From NCBI RefSeq assembly GCF_000315625.1, contig NW_005434509.1, forward strand, positions 1 through 64,000: DNA of 64,000 bases. The letters run 5' to 3'. A program made the position numbers and the translations under genes. This document shows positions 24,401-36,897 of this stretch, in pieces. This stretch comes from Guillardia theta CCMP2712. Lineage: Eukaryota > Protista > Cryptophyta. Numbering within the stretch: the first letter of the stretch is position 1; each line of letters opens with the position of its first letter. Below the pieces are notes generated by a model, which was not told the origin of the DNA, made no database searches, and saw only the letters and a program-made list of their open reading frames with translations.

Positions 24401-25356
24401 CCTTTCACTCATCTCAAGTGCATCGTTACCTAGACGACCGCTCACTCCAATGTTGCCATCGGGGCCAGCCCTTCCTCGAGGTCCAGGAGGTCCGATCTCA
24501 CCGGCTATCCCTTGAGGTCCAGGAGCTCCTTTCGAGCCTTGCGGGCCAACAAGCCCTTCATCTCCATCATGCCCATTGGCTCCATTCAACCCTGGAGGTC
24601 CTGGAGCTCCGATCAAGGGAACGATACTGTCAATCTCGTCGGTGTCCTTGAGATTTATCGTCTTCACGTCTGACTCGATCGAAGACACTTCCTCGTGAAT
24701 GAAGTTCGAAAACTGAGATTCAGCCTGCTCAATCCTCGCCTCCTCAGTGTTGGTTTTGTCAAGTTTCTCCTTGGCACTCTCAACGTCAATGTTCAGCTCT
24801 TTTTCTTCCTTCAAGTATTGAACGGGAAGTGTAGGAGACTGGTCAGCAGAAGTAATGCCGTCGAGGCCCATCAAAGACACGAGCCTTCCTTTTCCTTGTT
24901 TTGAGGATGAAAGGGAGGTAGTATGATAGTCATGCTTTGAGGGTCTGTCAATCGCCTAAGGAAAGCAGCTAGTTACCGAGGATCACAACAATTCATGCTT
25001 CCACAAAAGTCACTGGCATATACAGCCTCAGTCTACGCCAAATGAGAATACAATTGTCTTGAACATTTGTGGAAATTCAGTGGAGCATTGCGGAAAGATC
25101 AATGGTACAACACCGCACACATTATATAACACACCACGAGTTACATGCTTAATGCTGCATGCTGCATGCTGTATATGACATGATACATCATGCATGATGC
25201 ATATGACATGACACAAGACATACGATACACAAATGATACATGTGGCGTGAAACTGACCTCAGTTGCCTTCACGAAGACGAAAATGAAAATAATGCAAATT
25301 GCACATCCTCCAGACCTGCGGAGTCGGGTATTTCTCTCATTTGTTGTGAACATCAT
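6474..25356 (-). CDS. Giant multi-exon extracellular mosaic lectin: hydrophobic N-terminus, coiled coil, collagen, 2x SRCR, 11x (LamG-like + F5/8 type C), 7x PA14-like, (SKEAKVLDGG)x35
   Basis: 27 Gly-X-Y triplets at ~24325-24610 across one intron. Two SRCR domains (RLEV..WG.VC..WLS.V.C.G.E..C.H..D.G..C) at ~23500-24270. Repeated discoidin motifs (WMQ.D.G.V..I.G...QG..YVRIYP..MRAG) in the 3341-aa ORF and in 11365..11784. PA14 motifs (G.Y.FC..S.DGS…Y.GPDT) in short exons at ~7600-11490. The intron at 7627-7676 joins YS|GPDT to the repeat exon. The start (MMFTTN…CAICIIFIFVFVKATE|gtcagt) is a by-eye proposal. Confidence 0.85.
6478..7531 (-). repeat. 30-bp coding minisatellite, ~35 copies, encoding SKE(A/G)KVLDGG
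   Basis: GAGCCGCCATCGAGGACCTTGGCTTCTTTC tandem; the frame is fixed by the upstream splice junction. Confidence 0.97.
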
Positions 25357-26714
25357 CAGGCTGTGCAAGAAGATCGTGACCAGTTGTAGGCTGGTAGCAG
25401 GATCCGTCTCGACGCTGCTCAGAAGCCAGAGATGCCCTCCTAGCACTGATGTTGCGCCATTGCACAGCTGCGATTTTCGAAGTGACGCGCGTCGATTGGA
25501 GTCATGACCCCCTTGCCTCTAACGGTTGATTGTCATCACCCCATGATCAAATTTTTCTCCCCCTCCTCCCGTCAACCCTGAGTGCATTACACGTGGGTCC
25601 TCAAAGTTTTCTATTGTACGACTTATAGAATACTTCACCTTGACATGCTCCTCGGATACCTCAGAGAGTATCACCCCCCATTATTCTCATCTGACCCCCC
25701 TCAGAATACCTACCCAATCTACAGTCATATCTACGGTCCGTCATAACCCCCCTACCCCCATCTTTCCCTTTCATGGTGACCCACCCCAGGTTGAGATGCC
25801 GACTCCGATGCATCCCTGGAACCTGCCCGACCTCGTGGTGGTTTCCCTATATGTGAGCATAGGAGAAAAAGGGCATCATCAGCCCCCTCGGCCTTGAACT
25901 CAGCATCTATCCTGTCATTTCGGGTTTTTTTTGTAGTATGGATGATGGGCAGTTGAAACAAACCTTGCAAGTCTCATGCGATAACTTTCTTGTCAGCTCA
26001 TGGCTGCTTGCTTCCCCTGTTTCTTTTAAGGATTCTACAAGCGCTCAAATAATGTGTTTTGCGAGAAATACCAATTCTTCGGCATTGTGATCCAAAATAA
26101 AATGTGTTTTCAAGTACCCTTTATGCATTCGTATTGCGGGAAATAGAAGCATAGATTGACTTGAGACTGATCTAGTCATGACCTGGGATTAGTTTTGCCG
26201 TTGTGGTCTACTCAAAATGTCGTAGATTGCTGTCCTTTACATTGTATCAGGCACAATCGAAATGACAACAAAAATCACGTTAGCTGGAAGTTATTGCTTC
26301 CACCAATTTTGCTCAGAACCTGATGAATTTCAAGCATCAGGACAGGCATTTCAAGGGATCCGACAATCGATAACCTTGTTGAGTATCATGGTACCCCGGG
26401 CAAACAAATTGCAGGAGAAAAGAAGTCATGGTAATGCCCAGGCAAAGTGCAAGCACAGTGAGGAAAACAAATCTTTTGAACAAATTATCTAGAATACAAA
26501 CTTTTTCGAATTATTCCTCACTATCCGATTCCCCCTCCTCTCGTAAATGGGCTCAAAATTGACAAAAACCGCAGCGTCTTCCCTCTGTCTTTCCTTCCCT
26601 TCCTTCACGGTAGCTTTCTCTTCAACGAATGCATGCAGAGAAGACCTGCTGTGTGAGCAACTAACAAAACGATGTTGCAATTACTGAGAAAAACATCTCG
26701 GGCCTAACAGGAAA

Positions 26715-28403
26715 TCAATAAAATGAGCCGAATGTGCACAAATAAACAAATAGGTAAGATAGAATACAACTCACAACATTAGCTGAAAAGAAACACCATA
26801 AAGATGTATTATCAGAACATTCATGAATTTCACATCTTCGTACCTGCAGCATCACAGGAGGATTGTTTGCCCAAAACAGGACGTTGAAACCCCGTTGTCT
26901 GATCATGAAGAAAGCAACAGATCCAACTATCTGCTCATCCACTCAGAAGTGGGCAATCCACGCATATCTCCATTCGTTCTCTCTCCTGACTGCGTTCTTG
27001 AGCCTTCCCTTTCTGACGTCCATCCTTCCAACCTCTTGACTTCTCATTCCATTCCATCCGTCCTGTCATTATCCTTCTTTCTTCTCCCTCTATCTATCGC
27101 CTCCTTTACCATACCAGATATGATTACTCCTCCCTCCTCTCTGCCTGCGTCATGACGCTTTTCTTCTATTTTTCTTGTCCCTTTCCTCCTTCCCTTCTTA
27201 CAAGCTCCTCCACACTCTTCATCACCTTCATTATCCCTGCAGATGAAAGAAAAATCCCAACCAGCCCCAATCCTGCAAATCTTTTCAGTTTCATACTCTC
27301 CCTCTTACCAATCAATCTCCTGCAAGTTTCCTACCCTCCCTCGTCCCTCCTTACTTGTCTTCATCGTCCTTCATCTTTTTTTCCATCCTTCTTCCTCCCC
27401 ACAATCTCTTTGATATTGCTGAATCCTTCTCCTCCTCCCACCCTCCATCCTCCCACCCACCTGTCCCAATCTCCAGAGAGTGTCGGAGATTCCTGCAGAG
27501 TTCAAAAGGAGAAGTCTCGCTTTTTCTCTCCTCCTCCTTCCTTGATGCAGAAAGCTGCATCTCTCCCGAAACAAAGCTGAGCTTCACGGCTGCACGGGTA
27601 TACCCCCACGTCCAGAGCATCTGAACAAGCAAGAGGACAATGGACAAGAAGGAAAAGGCTAAGCCCGAGCTTACGATGCCGAGAAGTAGCTCTGACTGGG
27701 ACACAAGCGTCCTTAGCTTGATGTTCCACTGGATCACATACGAGAATGAAAGAAACATGCAAGCTAGGAAACAAAGGACGGATTGTATCCATAGCGCTCG
27801 CCATGCTTTCCTCCATGTGATAGTTGCCAACGATCCATAGGCCCCTGTCGGAGAAATAGTTAGAGCATGGATGTAAGTGATATGCTCGTGCAAAGCTCGC
27901 CTGCATCTGGATGAAGAACATTTACTTGGTTGATATCTTTGTTGGTATCCTCAATGACTGCGATGTCAATCAGAAGATATCATGACTTGAAGCATTCGAA
28001 TCTTCACCCTACCTTGGCTGGCGCAGACTTTCTTCATGATGCTTCGCGTCATTCCTTCCAAAACAAAAGCCTCAATAAATGAAGTCAAACGGCTAAAATC
28101 ACCATGCCGAATAAGAGGAAAGGAGGATCGACGTGCAATGAGCCTGCTGGACAAGGAGTAGAGGCTTTCATGCCCCCGACAAAGATGCGCCGGGCAGCAC
28201 AAGGTGCGTCTGACGAGCATGGGATGAGACGTGGGTACAGGAAGGAGGAAAGAAGACGCTGCAGGAACGAGAGCAAGAAAGGAAGGCATCCGGCTAGGAA
28301 GGGACAGACTGCCGGGTCGGGAGGAGCATGAAGCCACTGCGCTCCTTGAACCGCCCAGCGACTTGGCCATGGAGAAAAGAAGGACGAACTGAGCGCGGGC
28401 CAT
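26715..28403 (-). CDS. Hypothetical multi-exon membrane protein, possibly plastid-targeted
   Basis: Signal-like FLALVPAASSF followed by a Ser/Arg-rich stretch, resembling the ASAF-type bipartite leader of red-lineage algae. Two hydrophobic segments in ORF 27351..27893 are followed by an E/K-rich region. Exon structure unresolved. Confidence 0.35.
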
Positions 28404-28905
28404 CCCCTACTATTCTATCAGCCCTCCCACGAACCCCCTCTGTGTCTGTACCCTCCTTTTGATAACCCCCACCCCCTTGGAATGAAGCTGGAGGTATAAA
28501 ATTTGTACTACCCCTAGTACTCATTTATATACCCCACCTCCCTTCGGTAACACGACAGCTTGGCGGAGTGGTGGAAAAAAAGGCGCCAAAACGATGAAAT
28601 TCAGACAAGGATGCAGGGGAACAAACGGGAGATAGATGAAGGCGAGAAGAGGAGGGAAAAGAGAAGATTCAATTACGAAGACGATGAGAAGGATGAAATA
28701 AGGAACATCATGGAGAAAGAATAGGGCTTGGAGGCATAAATCATGCTTTTCTTGAAAAGAATGTTTTCGGGGCACAGCCATGGGAACTAAAAGCAAACAA
28801 TTTAGCCTGCAAAGTGAAAATGCATTGAGATTCTGATTTGATATGAGACATATATAGTTTGGATTAGTCGATGAATGTTTTAAGATCCTAACTGGGTTTC
28901 ATCAG

Positions 28906-31900
28906 ATGGCTGCAAACATAACTCAGGGAGCAGTGAGGGAGATTTATTGGAACAACACTGGCTCTGCTGATACCGGCAAGAGCTATGTTGTACAGGTCCA
29001 CTTTTCCAGGAAGTTCTGGCAAGCTTCATGCTGACATGTTCTTTCAGGTTATTGATATCAAGAAGATTGGAACAAACAACGGTGCATACACTACAACTCG
29101 CTGTTTCTGTTGTACTGAGCTTTATGCGACAGGAACAAGTGGAGAGCGCTATCGCTTGGTTATATCAGATACGTCGTTTTTCTGTCAGGCAATGCTTGCT
29201 ACACAACTCAATGGGATTGTAAATGCAAAGGAGGTACAGCTACCTTGAAATTCCATGATACCTGAACGACTTGAATGCAGTTGGACAAATTCTGCATCGT
29301 TGAAATAAAAGATTGTATTTGTAATGTGGTGCAGAGTAGGAGAATCGTCATAATTCTGAGTATCGAAGTAATGTCCTAAATTTGGGGAGGAAGATGATCG
29401 TTTAACTCTTTTGACAGGTGAAGGGTCCTCCAATGGCGCAGATGATTGGCAAACCAGTCAGCATTGATTCTGCTGGTGACCCATCTGGTCAACAAAGCAA
29501 GGTTCAATCTGGCATCGACTGCTCTGAAAATCTGACATGTTGTGGTCGAAATACCAGGCTCCTCAAAATGCGATGCCAAGTTCAGCAGCTCCTTCATACT
29601 CGACGGCTCCAACTTCAGTGGGATCAAAGAATCAATCTGCTGTCAATCCGCCTCCTGAGAATAATTATGACCGGCAAAGACAATTTACTCAAGCAAACGT
29701 GAAGAGTGAACGATCTCAGGGAGACTTCGTCAATGCAATGGGTTCAAATTCATTTCAGAATCAGAACGACATGCCGAACAGAATGGAAAGAGCGAGCAAC
29801 GAGTCGGCAAATCCCTACGCGGTAATTGCATCAATTCACCTTCGTGTAAAGGCCAGCTCTAAGGCGATTTGTTAGGTGAAAACAGGAAATTCCTTTGTAA
29901 ATAGCAGCACTGGCTTTCCCAACAATAATCAAGTAGTGTTCAATTCGAATCCAGTTCAAGAGCATGAGCGTAATAGCTTCAAATCGCAACCCATGGGCTA
30001 TAGCGGTCCTTATGCTGGACAAGGTCCAATAAGCTATGGAATGGGCACTTCCATGAATCAATTTGCTGGGGATGGTATGAAGCAATCAGGCTCCTCTGAC
30101 CATGCGTTTAGAAATACTATGACCAAAGGTGTGATTGAACGAGATAATGCTGGTGCTCCTTGTTTCCCTGTGGACTCGATTCATCCTTTCTTGAACAATT
30201 GGTCTCTTCAAGGGCGCATTGTTGTAAAAAGTGGTAATCGATATACATCCTGTGATGCTGAGGAACTAATATCGATTATTTAGCGATGCGCAGCTATAAA
30301 AATGCGAAAGGTGAAGGTCGCCTTTTCAACATAGATATCATGGATCATACGGGAGACATTCGAGGCACCTTCTTCAACGACGATGCAGACAAGTGGTTTC
30401 CGCACCTACAAGCAAACAAGGTCCACACTCATTCTCGAGTCCTTTGTAGTCCTAAGATTTGTTTCTCAGGTGTACAAAATTCGAGGAGGAACAATCAAAC
30501 AAGCAAATCGGAAGTTCAACACAACTTCAAGCGAATACGAAATTACATTTAATCGGGACAGTACCTTTGATATCGTAGCAGATAGTGAAGCACCAAAGGT
30601 TTCATACAATTTCAGGAAAATCGAGGAAATAGAAAATACTGAACCACAATCAATCGTCGATGTATTGGCCGTGGTTCACGATGTTCAACCTTTGGGTTCT
30701 GTGACTGTGAAATCTGGCTCAAATGCTGGCAATCAAGTAAGAGACGTACTGTTTTATGTCTATTTGAATGATTTGATGATCAGATCGCAAAACGTGATGT
30801 GTCGTTGTTGGATACTGGAGGGAAAACCATCAAATTGACATTATGGGACGATCATAAGGATGTTGTTACAGAAAATGACATGTCAAACCCTGTTATTGCC
30901 ATCAAGGGTGTGCGCGTCTCTGACTTCAATGGGCGAAGTTTGAGCACAACGCGTAGCTCCATGGTATGTTTTTGTTTTCTGGAGCCTGAATCTTAGCTGA
31001 CTTTGATAGATCGAGATGAACCCTGACTTGCAAGAAGCACATTTGCTGAAGGGATGGTATGACTGTCATGGAAAATCTGCTGTCTTTCAGGCTGTGGGTG
31101 GATCCATGAGTTCAGGATCTAAAGACAGTCGCAAGACAATATCACAGATCAAGGGGGAAAACTTGGGCAATGCTGAAAAACCAGATTATTTTACGGTATT
31201 TCCAGTGAAAGTCCTGACTTCTGCTACTCACAATATACTATAGCTAAGAGCCTGGGTGACTTACTTCAAGCATGATGGAACTTGGAATTATCCTGCTAAT
31301 CCAGAAACGAAGAAAAAGGTGGTTTATACAGCTGAATTTCACTTTCGAAACACTACTGATAAGCATGATAGGTCATCGCCCATGGGGACTCGTGGTTCGA
31401 TGAGAGCACACAGCAGACGATTGAAAGGTGATCTGCAAGTTTCTTGGGCCTCAACTGATCAGAGATATAGATGCGAACGCCGTTACGTCATGAATTTATC
31501 CTGCAGTGATTTTACTGGGTCACATTGGTTCTCAGCTTTCAATGATCAAGGCATAGCTCTCCTGGGTAAGACAGCCGACGAATTGCAGGTTTTAGTAACT
31601 TGAAAGCAGCGGTTTATGTCGCCTAAGTTTCAAGCAGGAGCTTAAGGACAGCATGAATCCTGACTACGAGGCAACTTGGCAAGCATCTGTCTTCAAGCCA
31701 TACGTCCTCAAGGTTCATTTTCTTTTTGTTGGTATGCAAAATTTGAAATGGCACTAAATAAGGTTCGAGCAAAAGCAGAGACATGGCAGGATGAGACGCG
31801 AGTCAAGTAAGCAGATGACGATCGGAGCCGACGAATGCTGACCCCTTTCCCAGATGCACTATCATGGAAGTCAAGCCTGTTGATTGGCGGGAAGGCGCGA

Positions 31901-31938
31901 CGGAAATTCGCAATCTCATCAGAGACTTTGGTTTGTGA
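28906..31938 (+). CDS. RPA1: Replication protein A 70 kDa subunit (multi-exon)
   Basis: N-terminal OB fold (RYRLVISD..QAMLATQLN); DBD-A (IHPFLNNWSLQGRIVVKS.MRSYKNAKGEGRLFNIDIMDHTGDIRGTFF); DBD-B (VIAIKGVRVSDFNGRSLS); DBD-C (NLGNAEKPDYFT, SDFTGSHWFSAFNDQG, VRAKAETWQDETRVK). Stop TGA at 31936-31938. Confidence 0.93.
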
Positions 31939-32049
31939 CGCTCTTAAGGAAGCCGGGTGTCCTCGTAGGCGACTTAGAATCGCTTGAGATGACGTCAGCG
32001 CCATCTGTGTGACTCAGTACATGATATGTTAGCTCGACTCCTTGTTCTT

Positions 32050-34090
32050 TCAACTTATGACACAAATGCTTGACGTGTTGTCTGCGCTAGTCGGCATAGT
32101 CTGAGTGGTCGAGCTTCGTAGCTTCTGAATCTCTGCATCGTGCAAAGCCTTGATCTGCAGGAAAGGACCTTAGAAACAATGACGTTGGTTTGGAGACTCA
32201 CTCTCATGATTTCCTTCTCTGCTTTCTCCCTCTCCTCTGCTATCTTGCGGTCCATTTCCGCACTGTAAACCGCATGAGCCTCGTTACTGCTCCAGCGCCA
32301 ACAAGTCACCGGACAGCTGCCAACTCAGCCTTGACCTTGATCAGCTCTAGCTGTGCCTGCGGCTGCGCGTCTATCAGACGATTCTAAAAAGTGGAAGGCA
32401 GAGGCAGCGGGAGAGGGGTGGGGGATGGGGGATGGAGGGAACAGGCGGGAGGAAAAGGGGAACGATCACTTGCCGGAGACGATCTGTCGCTTGTGGCGCC
32501 CCTGGTAAAACCCGAGGGGATGCGGTCCAGGCTACTACGGCGCAAGTTGTCCATCAAATCTTGATACGCTGCAAGCAGAAGAAACGATTCAGCTGGGCAA
32601 ACGGCTCAGACCGTCATCTCACGGCCTAGCAGTCGCGTGAACGATGCTCTGTCGATGCAGACACAGGTGCAGGGACCGTCTGCTCTGACAGTCGCAGCGC
32701 GAGGCTGGTCCATTAGAAGCGCAAGTTCCCCTACATTGGTTCAATCGCGCAACCAAATCGTCCAGCAAGGAAACCAAAGCAGTCGCCCGGATTGTACTCC
32801 TTGAGCATCCCCTCGCTTTCTTTGCTCGCTATTGCCTTGCCCTAGGTATGTGTCAGGATGCGATCCTCTACAGCGTGACATCACCTCAAAGAGGAAGTAG
32901 AATGTGTCGGCGTTGGGGTCACCTTCCGTGATGATATCCTCACCATCCTTGTAGAACACTGTCTTCAAAACTGTGCCACGACTGTGACTGGCCAAACTTG
33001 CAGCATTCTCCTTCACCATCAGATATCTTGTTTCGCTGGTCGCGACTTAAACCAGATAGAGCGGGCACGCGCTGCATGAATTCGTGATAGAGTTGCCGTT
33101 TCCTCGCGAAAGAAGACTGGCAAGGAAAATTTCACAATGTGACATGCAAAGTTGGCGAGAGCACATGGACGATGTACTGAAAAGTCTCGCGATCCAGTGC
33201 GAACAACTTTGAGTCCTCAGTCGCAACGACGGTGGCGGCTCGAGGGCAATTATACATGAGCGCAAGCTCTCCGATGCATTCCAAGTCTCTGTCAACAAGG
33301 ACGACACAGTCTGAGATGGCTATCAGGACTTCTTGGCATACCTCGCAACGTGCACAACACTCTCCTTGCCGTCTCGTTTGATCGAGCATGCGCACACCCC
33401 TGAGGCGATCAGATACAACTTCTGCACGTTCACTGTGTCCCCTTGCTCGATGATTTTGGTTCCAGCCTTGACCGACAATGGCTCGAAGGCGTCGACAACC
33501 TTCTGCAGTTTCAGCATGAGTAAAGGAAGGCGGGCAGACAAGACCTTCTCCAACGGCTCTCCCTCCAGATGAGCCTTCCAAGACTGTCAGTGGGCTGGCA
33601 CTCAGGAGCGTTTTATCATCTTACAAATAGAAAGATCTTCTTCATCGCTGTTTTCAGACGCTCTCTGTCTTCTGCACATTTATCGAACTTGATGATTTCT
33701 GCATTTCCTTGCACTTTGAGCTGAGCAGGAGATGACAACAGTCAGCTGCCTGTGCGAGAGGCCTGAGGGGACAACACCTGCGCTTTTGTAGTGTTGAAGC
33801 TCGACCTGATAGACGAGCGATGTTGATTGAGCAAATCATCTGCCCAGCCTTTAGAAGCCGCGTCTTCTGCTACAAGACTACCTCTGGGTCTGCTAGGTGG
33901 CGGTAGCTCCGCCAGCTCATCGTCGTCTTCTGAATTCGCTCCCCTACTTGTTTGGGTAAGACATAGATCACAGCATGAGACTCCTCTGATTATCAGACGC
34001 GGAGGAATGATCTTGTTTCCTCCCAGTTGACTGATGTATCCACTCTTGGTTGTCTTTTTCTTCTTTTGGCGAATCTTCTCACTGCCCTCC
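32050..34090 (-). CDS. cAMP-dependent protein kinase regulatory subunit-like protein (two CNB domains) with C-terminal coiled coil and CaaX; 5' end uncertain
   Basis: Two phosphate-binding cassettes, [15 protein letters not shown] and [15 protein letters not shown]; linker RPRGSLVAE; helix [19 protein letters not shown]; no kinase domain. The last exon ends …TSSICVIS*. Confidence 0.8.
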
Positions 34091-35302
34091 TACCTTCCCT
34101 GTAACATCCTAGATCCTGATTCCTATGCGTTAAAGGCTCGTTCCTTTCGATCTTCTTCACGGCTCTCGATGCTCATATCCTCATTCACCCATATCACACT
34201 TCTTGCATCTGTCTGTGCTCCCTTGATCGCTCCCTTTTGCTCGTTCTGTTGTTAAGTTCCTCCTGTATTGAATGTTCCAACGCTACACTTGCATTCCTTG
34301 TTGCCTTCTCGTCTGCCTGATGCTCTGCTCTACATTTACGCTCATCTTCTCTTACTCGCTTCTCTGTTCCTCTCCTCTCCTCCTCTCTCGCTTCTCCAAC
34401 GTCTTACATCTTCATCGCTCACCTCATCCTGCCATGACCCGTTGCCTTCTTTTTACCAAGGTACTACCCGGGTAGTAATTCGACGTAGGTGGGGGTGGTC
34501 TTTTAAGATGGGGTACCCACCACTGATATAGGTATTCAAACAGGAACAAGAGGGTGTAAAATTGGTACAATCACCCGTGCCAGTGGGGTACTACCGTAGT
34601 CACCACCCCCTACCCCCTGTTCCTGGGAGACATACAGGTACGGTCCCGGCTCCCGGACGATGCGGTAGCCTGACGCCGGCCGGGCGGTCAGTCAGCATGG
34701 GGCAATCATCAATTTCCAGTCAACAAATTTTTGGAGTAATCATTTTCCGATCAACAAAAGTTTGCAGTAATCATTTTCCGTTCAACTTTTTGAAACTATA
34801 ATCATTTTCAAATCAAAACTCCCCGTTTTCGACCGTTACACGTATCCATAACGGTCGTAACCGTATACTTTTGCAATCATTTTCCAATCAAAATCAACTT
34901 TCAAACTTTCAACTTTCCATTTTGTAACTTTACCCCACCCCTCCACCCCCCTTTAAACCTCCCGTTCGTACCCCTCCCCAAGACCCACCCCTCAAGGCCC
35001 ATAGCGGCTACCCCCTTCATAACCAGGACTCGGTATCAAAAATACCGGTACTATCCCCTACCCTAGTGTCACATGTCGGGGTCGGTGGTCCACCCTACCC
35101 CTACTTGCAGTCTATCAGTCAAACACACCGGTGTTCGTCACATACCGCCACCACCCTTCCCCCATACAATGCTATGCCAGTACCCCCCTCCCCCATATTA
35201 CCTTTCAGATACAGTCAATTACACCGGTCTTCCGACATCACCACCACCCCCTTTTCCCCTCGTACCCTCCCTAGGCCCGAGTCTGTGTCATCCCCCTAGC
35301 TA

Positions 35303-35655
35303 GTGCCTTCCTCCTCGTCATCCCCTCGTACCTGCCTCCTTGTCATCCCCTCGTACCTGCCTCCTTGTCATCACCTCGTACCGTCCTCCTCGTCGTCTCC
35401 TCGTACCGTCCTCCTTGGCATCTCCTCGTACCGTCCTCCTCGTCATCTCCTCGTACCTGCCTCCTCGTCATCACCTCGTACCTGCCTCCTTGTCATCACC
35501 TCGTACCGTCCTCCTCGTCATCTCCTCGTACCTGCCTCCTTGTCATCACCTCGTAGCGTCCTCCTCGTCATCTCCTCGTACCGTCCTCCTTGGCATCTCC
35601 TCGTACCGTCCTCCTTGGCATCTCCTCGTGCCTTCCTCCTCGTCATCCCCTCATG
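35303..35655 (+). repeat. 25-bp minisatellite (CTCCTCGTCATCTCCTCGTACCGTC)n, left arm, ~14 units
   Basis: Directly visible, with variants TTGTC/TTGGC and CCTGC. Confidence 0.93.
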
Positions 35656-36299
35656 ACTTTCTCCTTCTCGGCCCCTTTCCACTTTCCTCCTTGTGATGCC
35701 TTTTTCTTCATCCTGGTGAAACATTCCTCTCCTCGTCCTCCTTCAAAATGATGCTAACTTATCAGTACACATAGGAACGGGTGACATTCCGACGATACGT
35801 ATGGAGAATCAGTGATTGGTGTGGTGAACATGTCATCCCGTTCATATTGTATTACTATGTGCCAATATTAATTATCTGGGTATTGACTGCCGTATATACT
35901 GCGTAATACCCTTTGTTCGAAACAGTTCAGTTCCTCATTTGTAACTATGCAATCCGCCATAGCACATATGACAACACCGCATGATGTGCTGTCCGTTTGT
36001 CGTGGAATCTGCCAAGGGACCTTCAGAACTGGTCCAGTAGCTATGATAATTCAACTTGCCTGCGTGATGGGATAAATCAGCTGGGACCAAGGAGTATCTG
36101 AAGCAGTATATGCTGGGCATAGGACATAATTTGCTGAAATCGATGGATTGATTCCATCGATTCAACACTTGCATCTGATGGGAGACACAACACAGTCAGA
36201 CAACCGTCGATCCCGGAAGCTTACCCATGTGGTTACCTTGTCTGCCTTCCACAACTGGAAGAAGTAGCTTGACAACACCAGTACTGGAGGGTTCCTGTC

Positions 36300-36890
36300 A
36301 GGTCTGATACCTGAGCTGCCCAAAACATGGGTTCTGTAGCTGGGTTCGTACGACTTCCGGTCTTCTGGAGGACTGGAGCACCATTCGCTGAAAGGAGGGC
36401 AGGTGTTAGGCCGAATCCAGAACACGAATGTATCGGCAAATCACCTTTACAATGCTTGTTGATATTCGCAATGATATGAAATGCACAAAAGACAACATCA
36501 ACGTGAGGCATGGTATCGAGTAAACCCTTCAGAATCGCTGTTCCTCGATCCGTGATAACTGTCAACTTCCCGCTGTCCTTCGATAGCCATTTACCCACAG
36601 AGGTGGTATTCAGCTGCCTCCACATGAATGCTGTGTTCTCTGCCGTTTCACCACCAATCCAAGTTCCATCTTGCTTCCAAGATGCAAACTCGGATCCCTG
36701 GACACCGTACAAGTGCATGTCAGTCAATTGCCAACGAGACACGACGCCGATCATGAGCAGGTATACCAACTGCTAAAGGTACGATGGTACCATTTCCGAA
36801 TCGCGCCTCGATTATCATAGCTTTGCCGTGGTACCACCTAAACCAGTCTGCGTCACATCACAACCGGTGGCACGGCACTGGCAGAGCTTA
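36300..36890 (-). pseudogene. MULE/Mutator DDE transposase fragment
   Basis: Motifs occur in the expected order: GCDVT, YHGKAMIIEARFGNGTIVPLAVG, ETAENTAFMW, VITDRGTAILKGLLDTMPHVDVVFCAFHIIANI (second Asp plus CxxH), MFWAAQ. They are split by a frameshift and probable introns; no N-terminus is visible. Confidence 0.8.
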
Positions 36891-36897
36891 CAAACGA

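Noticed and set aside
25140-25245. CATG/GATA-rich low-complexity tract
   Set aside because: A degenerate simple repeat, probably inside the first intron of the giant lectin gene.
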